Shown piece after piece: positions 9,210-18,503 of a stretch of DNA of 64,000 nt (the stretch's first letter is position 1; each line of letters starts with the position of its first letter). Source of the stretch: Pyrinomonadaceae bacterium (lineage in GTDB: Bacteria; Acidobacteriota; Blastocatellia; Pyrinomonadales; Pyrinomonadaceae); NCBI GenBank assembly GCA_035281525.1, contig DATEDU010000396.1, positions 2,660 to 66,659 of the forward strand, read 5' to 3'. The notes beneath the pieces are model-generated. The model saw only the letters and a list, made by a program, of their open reading frames with translations, did not search any database and was not told where the DNA came from. A program made the position numbers and the translations under genes.

Positions 9210-11071
9210 ACTCCATTACTCAGATCAATTCCCAACCAACCTTTGCTCCCGCTGTGTCCCGAGCAATGAAGCCAGGCGAGCCGTCCACCCTCGTCGAAGC
9301 CTTTGAACAAATCGAGCGATTGCACAAGCGGCCGGATACGCTCAACTACAAGGAGGGCGGCCGCTGGAACCCAATCTCGTCCGATGAAATGCTGACACGA
9401 ATCCGTCGCATCGCCGCCGGCCTGTATTCGCTCGGCATTTATCCTGGTGACCGCGTCGCAATACTGTCTGAGAGTCGACCTGAGTGGACGCTGACTGATG
9501 GCGGTTGTCTGTTTGCCGGTGCGATTGACGTTCCGATTTATCCGACGCTGACGCCGCCGCAGGTCTGTTACATTTTGAAGGACTCGGGCGCTCGCGTTCT
9601 CGCACTCAATGATCACAACAAATTCCTGGAACTGAAGGAAATCCTGGCGGAGTGCCCAGCCGTTCAACATGTCATTTTCTTTAATTCCGAAGGGGTTAGC
9701 CCAGAGGACGGATTAACGCTTGCGGAACTCGAGGCGCGCGGAGAGCGGCAATTGAAATCGCAGCCTGACCTCGTAAACACGCTGGCGCGACGAATTTCAA
9801 AAGACGATCTCGCGACCTTTATTTACACGTCCGGAACTACGGGTGAGCCTAAAGGCGTGATGCTCACTCACGCCAATCTCGTGTCTAATTTGGTCGACGC
9901 AGCCAATCCTCTCTCGTTCGGAAAGAATGATGTCGTACTTTCGGTGTTGCCTCTATCGCATATCTTCGAGCGAGAGGCGATGTACATGTACTTGCATCAG
10001 GGAATGGCGGTGTATTTCGCGGAGTCGCTCGACACGATTGGGCCAAACCTGCGCGAAGTTCGGCCCACCATCATGGTGGGCGTCCCGCGGATCTTTGAAA
10101 AGATTTATGAGCGCATCAAGGAGCGCGTGGCAGAGAAGGGAAAGCTCAATGTCGCGATGCTGAATTGGGCTGTCTCTGTCGCGCGAGAATATGCGAGGTA
10201 CGTGCTCGATCGTAAAAGTGTACCGGCGGGACTGAAGCTGAAGCATTGGTTAGCCGATAAGTTGGTTTACTCCAAGTGGCATGCGGCGTTTGGTGGTCGC
10301 ATCAGGTTGCTGGTTTCCGGCGGCGCTGCCTTAGCCGAGGAACTGTCCTACATTTATTTGGGCGCCGGCATACCGATTATTCAGGGATATGGACTGACGG
10401 AGACATCACCGGTCATCACTGCAAGCAGTCTGGAAGACAATCGCGTCGGCACCGTCGGCAAGCCGATCCCGAACGTCGAGGTGCGTATCGCGGCTGACGG
10501 CGAAATCGAAACGCGCGGGCCGAACGTGATGAAAGGCTATTACAACAAACCCGAGGAGACGCGCGCCGTATTTACCGACGACGGCTGGTTCAAGACTGGT
10601 GACGTAGGAATGATCGACAGCGACGGTTACCTGCGCATCACTGACCGGAAAAAGGAACTGTTTAAGACGTCGGGCGGAAAATATATTGCTCCGCAGGTGC
10701 TTGAACAGAAGATCAAAGGCTCGCGTTTCGTCAGCCAGGTGGTGCTAATCGGCAATGAACGGAAGTTTCCTGCAGCTTTGATCGTCCCGAACTGGCAACT
10801 GATTGACTCATACGTTCAATTGAAGGGAATCGAACCAGCCTCTAGAGCAGAGCTCTGCTGCCATCCACGCATTATCGACTTGTTTGAGCGTCAAATTGCC
10901 GCCCTCACGCCGGATGTCGCGCAGTACGAACGCGTAAAGAAGATCGCATTATTGGAAAATGAAATGACGATTGAAGGCGGCGAGCTCACACCTACGCTCA
11001 AAGTCAAGCGTCGCGTGATTGAACAGAAGTACAAGCCGGTTATCGATCGACTCTACGCGGAAGAGAATTAG
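9206..11071 (+). CDS. fadD: Long-chain fatty acid-CoA ligase (AMP-dependent synthetase/ligase)
   Basis: AMP-binding motifs IYTSGTTGEPKGVMLTHANL, GYGLTETSP, TGDVG..D.DGYLRITDRKKELFKTSGGKYIAPQ. Confidence 0.9.
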   Translation: MNSITQINSQPTFAPAVSRAMKPGEPSTLVEAFEQIERLHKRPDTLNYKEGGRWNPISSDEMLTRIRRIAAGLYSLGIYPGDRVAILSESRPEWTLTDGGCLFAGAIDVPIYPTLTPPQVCYILKDSGARVLALNDHNKFLELKEILAECPAVQHVIFFNSEGVSPEDGLTLAELEARGERQLKSQPDLVNTLARRISKDDLATFIYTSGTTGEPKGVMLTHANLVSNLVDAANPLSFGKNDVVLSVLPLSHIFEREAMYMYLHQGMAVYFAESLDTIGPNLREVRPTIMVGVPRIFEKIYERIKERVAEKGKLNVAMLNWAVSVAREYARYVLDRKSVPAGLKLKHWLADKLVYSKWHAAFGGRIRLLVSGGAALAEELSYIYLGAGIPIIQGYGLTETSPVITASSLEDNRVGTVGKPIPNVEVRIAADGEIETRGPNVMKGYYNKPEETRAVFTDDGWFKTGDVGMIDSDGYLRITDRKKELFKTSGGKYIAPQVLEQKIKGSRFVSQVVLIGNERKFPAALIVPNWQLIDSYVQLKGIEPASRAELCCHPRIIDLFERQIAALTPDVAQYERVKKIALLENEMTIEGGELTPTLKVKRRVIEQKYKPVIDRLYAEEN

Positions 11072-11097
11072 TTCTATTCATTTCTTCCGCATCGGCA

Positions 11098-11228
11098 CTA
11101 TCCACAGATTACGCAGATTACACAGATAAGAACTGTAATGGGGTAGGTAAGTAGTTTGTCGGAGAGCTCGTTGAAAATTGCCTGCTATTTTTGTTTGAAT
11201 CTGCGTAATCTGTGTAATCTGCGGATAG
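11098..11228. repeat. Inverted repeat of CACAGATTA(C) units with ~70-nt loop (same family as 60258..60360)
   Basis: Left arm ctatccacagattacgcagattacacagat (11098-11127) pairs with right arm atctgcgtaatctgtgtaatctgcggatag (11199-11228). It lies between convergent stops at 11071 and 11229. Confidence 0.9.
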
Positions 11229-11900
11229 TTATCCGGGCACGCGCTCGGGTGGTAACTTAGCCATCAAAGAATCGAGGATTCGTTCGGCAGCGGCGCGGCC
11301 GGCTTGTTTAATGGCTTGCTCCATGTAGGGCCAGTTGTTCCGTCCCGGTATCCCGCCGGGGTTCAGGATAACGCCACCGCGACCGTATCCTGCGGGGTAC
11401 GTCCTGCCGCTGGCTGCGATTTTGGCGGTGGTCGGTGTGTAGACCACGTAGTCGAGGTAGAGCTCGTTAAGTTCTATCTGGTTGTCCATTCTCATTCTGT
11501 CCGACCCCAACTTTAACCAGACGACGTACGCTTCCTTTTCGGCCTTGGCAGTCTTGATGGCTTCGCCGCGACTTACGTCGCGATGAGTCACGGTTACATC
11601 GACATTAGGTCCCGCGTCCAGCCGGTCAACGCATCCCCTCACTGCGCTGCTCGTGAGGTATGACGGGATACCTGCGATGTATCCACTGTCGGCGCCTACA
11701 ATGAGTTTCAGTGCCGGCTTGGAGTTTTCCGCTGGTTTGGTGGAGGCTGGCTCAGGTGTCGGCGTAGGCGCGGGCGTAGCCGCAGCTTTTGGTAAACGCC
11801 TGCCAGATTGGGCAAGCGCGGTTGGCTCCGAGAGCGCAGTCAACAAACACGCAGCGATTAGAGCAAAACTAGAAACGGCGAGCGTTCGCGAATGCCTCAT
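11229..11900 (-). CDS. Hypothetical secreted protein
   Basis: 223-aa ORF. Signal peptide MRHSRTLAVSSFALIAACLLTALSEPTALAQ and a Pro/Thr/Ala-rich linker. No family recognised. Confidence 0.65.
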   Translation of the reverse strand: MRHSRTLAVSSFALIAACLLTALSEPTALAQSGRRLPKAAATPAPTPTPEPASTKPAENSKPALKLIVGADSGYIAGIPSYLTSSAVRGCVDRLDAGPNVDVTVTHRDVSRGEAIKTAKAEKEAYVVWLKLGSDRMRMDNQIELNELYLDYVVYTPTTAKIAASGRTYPAGYGRGGVILNPGGIPGRNNWPYMEQAIKQAGRAAAERILDSLMAKLPPERVPG

Positions 11901-11994
11901 ACGTGCGCAGTTTAGACCGTTACTGATAACAACTCAACAATTGGCCAGAGTTAGTGGTGGGGTAATTCTGTTCGGCTAACGGAATGCGTAAATG

Positions 11995-12107
11995 AACCGC
12001 CAAGACGCCAAGCACGCCAAGAATGCAAAAGAGCTGTTATCGAATGGCGAGATACCTCGGTGTTCGACTAGCCTTCGTTCTTAACGCAGCTTGGCGTCTT
12101 GGCGGTT
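11995..12107. repeat. Inverted repeat of GCCAAGAC/GCCAAGCA units
   Basis: Left arm aaccgccaagacgccaagcacgccaag pairs with right arm cttggcgtcttggcggtt. It is flanked by a weaker outer inverted repeat (ggggtaatt at ~11959 / aattacccc at ~12132). Confidence 0.8.
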
Positions 12108-12181
12108 CGATTTTCCGAGTTGGCCACACCCAATTACCCCAATACCCCAGAGTTCAATACCTGTGATGGTAAACTGAATTT

Positions 12182-12877
12182 GTGCTTCCATTAATTATCA
12201 CTGACATTCACGAGCAAGCTCGCGCGACACGGTCGTTTGACCTGATGCCCGAGCGCAACTCACATACGAACGTCACTCACGGCGTTTCCTTCGTGCCGGG
12301 CCAGGTGGCGGTGCTACAGATCCCGGGCGAGCCGCCGACTTATTTTGCCTTCGCCAGCGCTCCGGAAGATCCCGAACTTGAAGTTCTCGTAAAACAAAAA
12401 CCCGGCGCTGGCACATTTATCTTTGATATGCAGAAGGGTGACCGGATTCAACTGGTCGAGGTCGCGGGACACGGCTTTGCGCTTGACGAACAGAAGAATA
12501 AGGATCTTGTGTTTATCGCGATGGGAACAGGAGTGGCACCGCTGCGGTCGGCGTTGCGGCATGTTCTACGCCGCAGGGAGGACTATGGTCAACTCGTGGT
12601 GCTCTACGGCGCCCGCACCCCTGACGATTTTTGCTACCGGGATGAAACGGAAACTTGGAAAGACGAGGGAGTCGAACTTCGTCAGGTGATCTCGAGGCCT
12701 GACGGGCACGATTGGTCGGGACCGACGGGTTATGTTCAGTCGCTGTTGGACCACGTGTTGCCGTCACTCAAGTCACCCATAGCGTTGATTTGCGGCTCGC
12801 CTGAGATGATCGAGCAAACATGCGACCGCCTGCAACAGATGGGCTTTGCTCCGGAGGAGATTTTGACGAATTACTGA
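12182..12877 (+). CDS. FAD/NAD(P)-binding oxidoreductase (ferredoxin-NADP reductase-like fold)
   Basis: FNR-family motifs LVFIAMGTGVAPLRSALRHVL and LICGSPEMIE. GTG start. Confidence 0.75.
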   Translation: MLPLIITDIHEQARATRSFDLMPERNSHTNVTHGVSFVPGQVAVLQIPGEPPTYFAFASAPEDPELEVLVKQKPGAGTFIFDMQKGDRIQLVEVAGHGFALDEQKNKDLVFIAMGTGVAPLRSALRHVLRRREDYGQLVVLYGARTPDDFCYRDETETWKDEGVELRQVISRPDGHDWSGPTGYVQSLLDHVLPSLKSPIALICGSPEMIEQTCDRLQQMGFAPEEILTNY

Positions 12878-12878
12878 T

Positions 12879-13006
12879 GGTCTTAGGACTTTGGTCTTAG
12901 AGGTCTTTGGTCTTTGGTCTTTGTTTCGAGACGACGCTCAAGTCCAAAGTACAAAGTACAAAGTCCAAAGTCCAAAGCCCTAAGACCAAAGACCAAAGAC
13001 CAAAGA
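12879..13006. repeat. Inverted repeat of GGTCTTT / AAAGACC (and AAGTCCA/AAGTACA) units
   Basis: Left arm ggtcttaggactttggtcttagaggtctttggtctttggtctttg pairs with right arm caaagccctaagaccaaagaccaaagaccaaagac. It starts 2 nt after the stop at 12877 and ends 14 nt before the ATG at 13020. Confidence 0.9.
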
Positions 13007-13019
13007 CAGAGGGATCTCC

Positions 13020-14261
13020 ATGCACCGATTGTTCACCGGCTTTCTGTTGACTGCGTTTCTTATCACCGCCGCGTTCGCCCAAACGCAACAGCCCGTTCCG
13101 TTTCTGAACGAGGTCAAGTCGCTCCAGAACGACGCGCGCGTGAAAGCGGCCAACGACTACATCGATAAAAACCGCGAGGAGATTCTGCGCGAGTGGATTG
13201 CCATTACTGAAATCAACGCGCCCTCGGGAGAAGAGCAGGAACGCGCGCGATACGTCGAGAGCCTCTTGCGCAAATACCGGTTACAAGACATGCGTTACGA
13301 CTCAGCCGGCAATCTCATCGCGGTGCGCAAAGGAACTGGCGGTGGTCCAGTCGTCGTCTTTGACGCTCATCTGGACACGGTTTTCCAACCGGGCTTGAAA
13401 ATCAAGGCCGAAGTGCGCGACGGCCGAGTTTATGCACCGGGAGTCGGCGATGACACTCGGAACATCGAAGCGCTGCTCGCAACAATTCGAGCACTCGACG
13501 AAGCCAACATTTCGACTAAAGGCGATCTCATCTTTGTCTTCACGACAGAAGAAGAGACAAACATGAACGGCGCCGAGCAGTTCGTTAAAGATAACAAGGG
13601 CAAAATCGATTATTACATCGCGCTCGACGGAGGTTACGAGGGATTCACTTACGCAGGCATCGGTATCACTTGGTATCGCCATCACTTCATTGGCCCCGGT
13701 GGCCACACCCGATCACGGACGCCGCCCTATTCAGCTAGTCTCCCTCTGGCACGTGCTATTTCGAGGATTTACCGGTTGAATGTTCCAACTAATCCGCCGT
13801 CTCACGTGAACATCGGCATGTTGGGCGGGTCAGAAGTGGTCAACGCCAAAGCAGCGGATGCGTGGTTCACCGTTGACTTGCGCTCGACGAGTAAACAGGT
13901 GATCGACGACCTCGACAAGAAGATCGCGACCATACTGGAACAGGAAGCTAGGCGCGTTGGAATGAAGGTCAAGACCGATGTTATCTCATCAGCGCCGCCC
14001 GCGGTGATTCCCGGCAATGAAAACTCGCATCTGGTGAAGGTCGCCGAAGCCGTGCATCGGGCGATGGGTTTTGATCCGCCGATCACACCGACTGGCTCGA
14101 ATAACTCAAGCGCAGCTCTACTGGGAGGAGTGTCTTCGATCTCCACGGGTGCTGGTCCGTGTCGAGACGCACACGCTCTGACTGAGAACTGTGAGATCGA
14201 ACCGCTCTATACAGGGATAAAGAAGATTCTACTGCTCGCGCTAGCCTTGGCTAAAGTCTAA
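13020..14261 (+). CDS. M20/M25/M40 family metallopeptidase (secreted)
   Basis: Signal peptide. Metal-binding motifs VVVFDAHLDTVF, GVGDDTRN, FVFTTEEE. Confidence 0.85.
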   Translation: MHRLFTGFLLTAFLITAAFAQTQQPVPFLNEVKSLQNDARVKAANDYIDKNREEILREWIAITEINAPSGEEQERARYVESLLRKYRLQDMRYDSAGNLIAVRKGTGGGPVVVFDAHLDTVFQPGLKIKAEVRDGRVYAPGVGDDTRNIEALLATIRALDEANISTKGDLIFVFTTEEETNMNGAEQFVKDNKGKIDYYIALDGGYEGFTYAGIGITWYRHHFIGPGGHTRSRTPPYSASLPLARAISRIYRLNVPTNPPSHVNIGMLGGSEVVNAKAADAWFTVDLRSTSKQVIDDLDKKIATILEQEARRVGMKVKTDVISSAPPAVIPGNENSHLVKVAEAVHRAMGFDPPITPTGSNNSSAALLGGVSSISTGAGPCRDAHALTENCEIEPLYTGIKKILLLALALAKV

Positions 14262-14262
14262 C

Positions 14263-14378
14263 CATTGCCGATTGCCAATTGCCAATTGCCAATTGCCAAT
14301 TGCCGATTCGCGTCTCATCAGAGACAATCCGCAATCCGCAATCCGCAATCCGCAATTGGAAATTGGCAATCGGCAATA
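14263..14378. repeat. Inverted repeat of CAATTGCC/GATTGCC plus AATCCGC units
   Basis: Left arm cattgccgattgccaattgccaattgccaattgccaattgccgatt pairs with right arm aatccgcaatccgcaatccgcaatccgcaattggaaattggcaatcggcaatag. It starts 2 nt after the stop at 14261. Confidence 0.85.
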
Positions 14379-14594
14379 GCTTTACACTCACCTTACGAAT
14401 CTGCTACTTTGTGCCTTCCCCTCCTCCCAAGTTAGCCCAGTCGCAGTAAGTGAGCCCAGCGGCATTAACTGTTAGGCATATCTCACCAACATAAATCACT
14501 TGGTGGTGACACATCCTTGTCTGCGGCTCTTCTCCACCTAGTGCAGCTATCGGCGGTGCGGGCTGCCTTACCTCAACAACTGAATGGAGGGACA

Positions 14595-17336
14595 ATGATA
14601 CGTAGAATTTTGCTCGTACTATTTCCGGGTTTGGCTTTAGCGGCAGCTTCAATGTTTCCGATCTCGAAATCTGATGCTTCGCTTCAGCCAAATAGTGGGG
14701 GCCAGGATCCAATCGTAGCGGAAAGCCGAGCGCTTCCCAATTTCGACATTCGACTCGCCGGCCGGACCGGGTTTGAAGATCTCGACCTAAACTCAAGCGC
14801 AGGCAGAGAGATCGCTGGGCGCAAATTTGCAAGTGCTAAATCTGCAGCGCTCGAAGAATTTCGATCGAGTTTCGGCGAGGCTGCGCAAAATGTGCGTGCC
14901 GTCGCTAACGAAACCGGCGCGATCAAAAACTTCTTCGTCGACGGCGGAACCCTATCCGAACCGCAATCCGATACGCCAGACAACATTGCCCGCAAGTTTT
15001 TGAACCGGCATGCCGCGGTTTTTTCTCTCGATGCCGCCGGCATTTCCAATTTGAAACTAATGAATGAAGACAACGATCAGGGAACAGTCTTTCTCGACTA
15101 TGCTCAGACGATTGGTGGAATCAAGGTTTTCGAAGGCCAGGTTCAGGTAGTCGTAAACAAGAATGGAGAGGTCCTGTCGGTCCGCGAAGGCTTCCTCATC
15201 GACGGCCAACAGCCGAGGCTCAAACCTTTCCTAAACGAATCGCGTGGGATTGCCAAAGCGTTCGAGTACGCAGGAAGAACCGTTGCTCCAACCTTTGTCG
15301 AAACCCACACCCGCGCCTCGAAGAGCGAGATGTCAAGTTTCGCGAACCCATTGGACGTGAGGCTTGAAGACGTTTTGTCCGAGCTCAACATTGTGCGGGT
15401 CGGCGACTCGACGCGACTGGCGTGGCACGTGTACGCCGAAGTTGGACCAGAAGAATGGTATGAACTGCTGGTAGACGCGCGCAACGGCGAGTTGCTGCTT
15501 CGGCATAACCTGTACGTGTTTGAAGCGCAGGGCACGGTTTTCATTGAAGCGCCGGACAAAGGTGCTCGTGTGTTGGTCTCGTTCGTAGGCGATACGACAA
15601 TCAACACGGCGGCCGGATGGATGGGCACGTCGACAGTGACTACCGGCAACAACGTCGAATCCTATCTCGATACGAATGCCGACAACGTGCCTGATGCGAA
15701 TAACGGCACTGGCTTGTCTAACGGTCATGCCTTTGCTTCAAATCAGAATTTCACGTTTCCATTCTCGACCACAGTCGATCCCCGAACACAACAGGCTGCT
15801 GTGGTAACGAATCTCTTTTATTTCAACAACATCATGCACGACTTCTCGTACAACCTCGGGTTTACTGAGACATCGCGCAATTTCCAGGTGAACAACTTTG
15901 GCCGCGGCGGCATCGGAAACGACTCCGTGCGAGCTGAGGCTCAAGACGGTTCGGGCACTAACAATGCGAACTTTGCTACACCGCCGGACGGTTCGCGTCC
16001 TCGCATGCAGCAGTTCCTATTCACAGCGCCCTCACCGGATCGCGACAGCTCAGTGGATGGCGATGTGGTATTTCACGAGTATGGTCACGGTATCTCGAAT
16101 CGCCTAATCGGCAACGGCAGTACTGCGCTGAGCGGCACTCAGTCGGGTGCCATGGGTGAAGGTTGGTCAGACTACTGGGCTATCACGATTAATAACGATG
16201 GCGCGGTGGGCGAGTACGTAACCAACAATCCCAACGGCATTCGCCGAGCGGCCTACAGCGTCCCGGCTAATCCCGTTCATGACTCCTATGCTGACGTGGG
16301 CGCTGGCGGTTTCCAAGTGCATAGAGACGGTGAAGTCTGGGCAGCAACGCTCTGGGATTTGCGCACTCAACTCGGCGCGGCGACCAGCGACCGGCTGGTT
16401 CTTAACGGCATGAAGTTCACGCCGACTCGGCCTTCGTTTCTGAATGCTCGTGACGGCATCCTGCAGGCCGATCAGAACTTGAACGGCGGCGCAAACCGCT
16501 GTGCGATTTGGACTGTCTTTGCTCGCCACGGCATGGGCGTTTCGGCAGTTGGTAACGATGGAACGACACACGTTGCGGCGACAGACTTGCCGTCTGAGTG
16601 CGGTGGAACGTGCACGTTCTCAATCAATCCGACGAGCGCCAGTTTCGCGGCAGCCGGTGGATCGGCTAGTGTCAGCGTTACGGCAGGCACCGGTTGCGCA
16701 TGGACTGCCGTGAGCAACGCAACGTTCATCACCATCACGTCCGGCAGCAGCGGCAGTGGTAATGGCACGGTTAACTATTCGGTCGCTAGCAACGGCAGCA
16801 CCAGCTCGCGCAACGGCACGATGACGATTGCCGGCTTGACGTTCACTGTGACGCAAGCAGGTACCGGCGGTGGCGGTACGCAGTTGATTGTTAACGGTGG
16901 GTACGAGTCGGGGACTACGCCATGGGTGCTTTCAGGCCAGGTCGTTCGCAGTACGGGGTCATTCCCGCACAGCGGTGTGGCCTACATGATACTGAATGGA
17001 GTTAACAGCACGAGTGGGACGCTGTATCAAACAGTCACGATCCCGAGCGGCTCTTCGCCGAACCTGACCTTCTGGTTGAACATCACCACCAATGAGGCAG
17101 CGGGCGCAGCAGTGTTCGATCGTCTGTTCATTGAAGTGCGAAACACGAGTGGGACTTTACTCGCAACGCTAGCGACGTTCAGTAACCAGAACAGCGGAAC
17201 TGCGGGAGCGTACGTTCTGAGAGGACCGTATAACCTAAGCAGCTTCGCGGGGCAGACTGTGCGAATTCAATTCCGCGGCACCAATGACTCTATTCTGTCC
17301 ACATCGTTCCGAGTGGACGATGTCTCAGTGCAGTAG
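14595..17336 (+). CDS. Extracellular zinc metalloprotease, M36 (fungalysin)-like, with C-terminal Ig-like and jelly-roll-like domains
   Basis: ORF 14517..17336. I prefer the ATG at 14595 ([21 protein letters not shown]), preceded by GGAGGG. Catalytic region [14 protein letters not shown] ... GEGWSDYWA matches the fungalysin HExxH plus EGWSD signature. The C-terminus contains [12 protein letters not shown]...[31 protein letters not shown]. Confidence 0.8.
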   Translation: MIRRILLVLFPGLALAAASMFPISKSDASLQPNSGGQDPIVAESRALPNFDIRLAGRTGFEDLDLNSSAGREIAGRKFASAKSAALEEFRSSFGEAAQNVRAVANETGAIKNFFVDGGTLSEPQSDTPDNIARKFLNRHAAVFSLDAAGISNLKLMNEDNDQGTVFLDYAQTIGGIKVFEGQVQVVVNKNGEVLSVREGFLIDGQQPRLKPFLNESRGIAKAFEYAGRTVAPTFVETHTRASKSEMSSFANPLDVRLEDVLSELNIVRVGDSTRLAWHVYAEVGPEEWYELLVDARNGELLLRHNLYVFEAQGTVFIEAPDKGARVLVSFVGDTTINTAAGWMGTSTVTTGNNVESYLDTNADNVPDANNGTGLSNGHAFASNQNFTFPFSTTVDPRTQQAAVVTNLFYFNNIMHDFSYNLGFTETSRNFQVNNFGRGGIGNDSVRAEAQDGSGTNNANFATPPDGSRPRMQQFLFTAPSPDRDSSVDGDVVFHEYGHGISNRLIGNGSTALSGTQSGAMGEGWSDYWAITINNDGAVGEYVTNNPNGIRRAAYSVPANPVHDSYADVGAGGFQVHRDGEVWAATLWDLRTQLGAATSDRLVLNGMKFTPTRPSFLNARDGILQADQNLNGGANRCAIWTVFARHGMGVSAVGNDGTTHVAATDLPSECGGTCTFSINPTSASFAAAGGSASVSVTAGTGCAWTAVSNATFITITSGSSGSGNGTVNYSVASNGSTSSRNGTMTIAGLTFTVTQAGTGGGGTQLIVNGGYESGTTPWVLSGQVVRSTGSFPHSGVAYMILNGVNSTSGTLYQTVTIPSGSSPNLTFWLNITTNEAAGAAVFDRLFIEVRNTSGTLLATLATFSNQNSGTAGAYVLRGPYNLSSFAGQTVRIQFRGTNDSILSTSFRVDDVSVQ

Positions 17337-17338
17337 GT

Positions 17339-17450
17339 AGGAGTCTAGAGTCTGGAGTCTAGAGTCTGGAGTCAGGATCAGGAGACCAGAAGGCAGGGGC
17401 AGGAGCAGGAGCGGGTCTCGGTTATGCCTGCTCCTGCCACCTGCTCCTGC
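17339..17450. repeat. GAGTCT(A/G) tandem tract followed by GGCAGGAGC/GCTCCTGCC hairpin
   Basis: The tract gagtctagagtctggagtctagagtctggagtc has no local partner. It is followed by ggcaggggcaggagcaggagc-N13-gcctgctcctgccacctgctcctgc. Confidence 0.85.
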
Positions 17451-17507
17451 AACTGAAAAACCGCGAACGCCTAGGGGGTATTTGAAAACTTCACATCAGG
17501 CATTTAC

Positions 17508-17680
17508 GAACCGCGAAGCGGTTTCATCCTCCAGCCCAACGTTGCCGCGCTTTGGCGGCTACGTTGGGTTATGGGCAGCACAAAAACAGACGCAACCCCG
17601 ATGGGGTTGCCCATCGGGGTTGCGTTTTAAATGATCGGGGACAATGTCCCAGGGTAGCGGCGAAGCGCCGCAACCCTGGG
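17508..17680. repeat. Cluster of four distinct GC-rich hairpins (possible dispersed intergenic element or structured RNA)
   Basis: gaaccgcgaagcggtttc (17508-17525). cccaacgttgccgc/gcggctacgttggg (17535-17568). acgcaaccccgatgg/ccatcggggttgcgt (17590-17625, followed by TTT). cccagggtagcggcg/cgccgcaaccctggg (17648-17680). Confidence 0.75.
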
Positions 17681-17683
17681 CTT

Positions 17684-17833
17684 CATTCGCGAACGCCTTC
17701 AGCGTTCAAAACACATTGGCGAACGCCTTCGGCGTTCAAAACACATTCGCGAACGGCTTCGGCGTTCAAGACATATTCGCGAACGCCTTCGGTGTTCAAA
17801 ACACATTCGCGAACGGCTTCGGCGTTCAAGACA
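17684..17833. repeat. Tandem repeat, 5 x 30 nt, each unit containing a TTCGCGAA palindrome and a GAACGCC-TTC-GGCGTTC hairpin
   Basis: Units start at 17684, 17714, 17744, 17774 and 17804. Consensus is cattcgcgaacgccttcggcgttcaaaaca, with 1-3 substitutions per unit. Confidence 0.95.
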
Positions 17834-17858
17834 CATCAACGTGCGCGCTCTTAGCTAA

Positions 17859-17910
17859 CCTGCTCCTGCCTTCCTGCTCCTGATTCACTGCTCCTGCCGC
17901 CTGCTCCGGC
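17859..17910. repeat. CTGCTCCTGCC tandem tract (complementary to 17392-17412)
   Basis: cctgctcctgccttcctgctcctgattcactgctcctgccgcctgctccggc. It could pair long-range with ggcaggggcaggagcaggagc, enclosing the 17.45-17.86 kb island. Confidence 0.7.
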
Positions 17911-17926
17911 AACCCAGTGCTCGCTG

Positions 17927-18409
17927 CTATTTCCCCGCGTCGCGGCAGGCTTCGGCGAATTGCTCAGGTGTCAGATTCTTCGAATTGCGAAACGGATGGA
18001 CCTTCACCGGCCTGGCTGAGGAATTGCGGATGATGAAGAACGACGGATAGCCTCGCACGTTGTATTGTTTGGCCAACGCGCGCTCAGCCGGGCCTTCTTC
18101 GGGATAGATGCGCACCTTAACGACCTCGCGCAGGTATTCCTGCACCGGCTTTGTGGGTAAATATTTCGAGTCAAGCGCCTGGCAGTACGGACACCAACCC
18201 GCCCAAAAATATACGACTAGCGGAACGTTCAGCTCCTTTTGCAGTTGGACTGCGCGTTCATAACCGTCCGCGCCCTCAAGCCACTTGTCTTTGTTAGACG
18301 GAGGAAGTGACGTAGCCGAATTAGACGCAGATGTAGCCGATGTGGGCGCCGGTGAGAAGTAAACAAGTGATATTGCGATCAAAAGAGGGAACAATACGAG
18401 CTTCTTCAT
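17927..18409 (-). CDS. Thioredoxin-fold protein (secreted, CxxC)
   Basis: ORF 17927..18487. I prefer the ATG at 18409 (MKKLVLFPLLIAISLVYF), preceded by GAGG. Active site VVYFWAGWCPYCQ. Confidence 0.85.
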   Translation of the reverse strand: MKKLVLFPLLIAISLVYFSPAPTSATSASNSATSLPPSNKDKWLEGADGYERAVQLQKELNVPLVVYFWAGWCPYCQALDSKYLPTKPVQEYLREVVKVRIYPEEGPAERALAKQYNVRGYPSFFIIRNSSARPVKVHPFRNSKNLTPEQFAEACRDAGK

Positions 18410-18503
18410 GGTTACCTCGAGGAATTTAGTTTCTGCGTTATGTGAGGAGAGGGGCCAGAACCGCATTAGCAGAATAAACTTTTCCAACCGCTCACGGCAA
18501 GAA

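Noticed and set aside
9092-9670. 192-aa minus-strand ORF across the TetR/acyl-CoA synthetase junction
   Set aside because: It is antisense to two strongly supported genes and has no motifs. The many other 60-170-aa antisense ORFs in the track (for example 630..1040, 4937..5458, 6460..6954, 15143..15652, 40887..41630, 55360..55821) are rejected for the same reason.
12897-13168. ORFs 12897..13088 (-) and 12914..13168 (+) over the GGTCTTT hairpin
   Set aside because: Both are low-complexity translations of the tandem units (KTKD/SPKSK) and overlap the start of the M20 peptidase gene.
14404-14832. 142-aa minus-strand ORF upstream of and overlapping the M36 protease start
   Set aside because: It overlaps the well-supported plus-strand gene and its signal peptide. 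It has no recognisable motifs and its composition is typical of antisense read-through.
17684-17833. Possible CRISPR array (regular 30-nt repeats)
   Set aside because: The repeats abut directly with no spacers. Only five degenerate units are present, and no cas genes or leader occur in the window. It is a plain tandem repeat.
17552-17883. ORFs 17552..17854 and 17644..17883 encoding decapeptide repeats (RTPSAFKTHS / FANAFGVQNT)
   Set aside because: Both frames are open only because the 30-nt tandem unit is a multiple of three. They overlap each other, run through GC-rich hairpins and lack an RBS. I treat them as non-coding.
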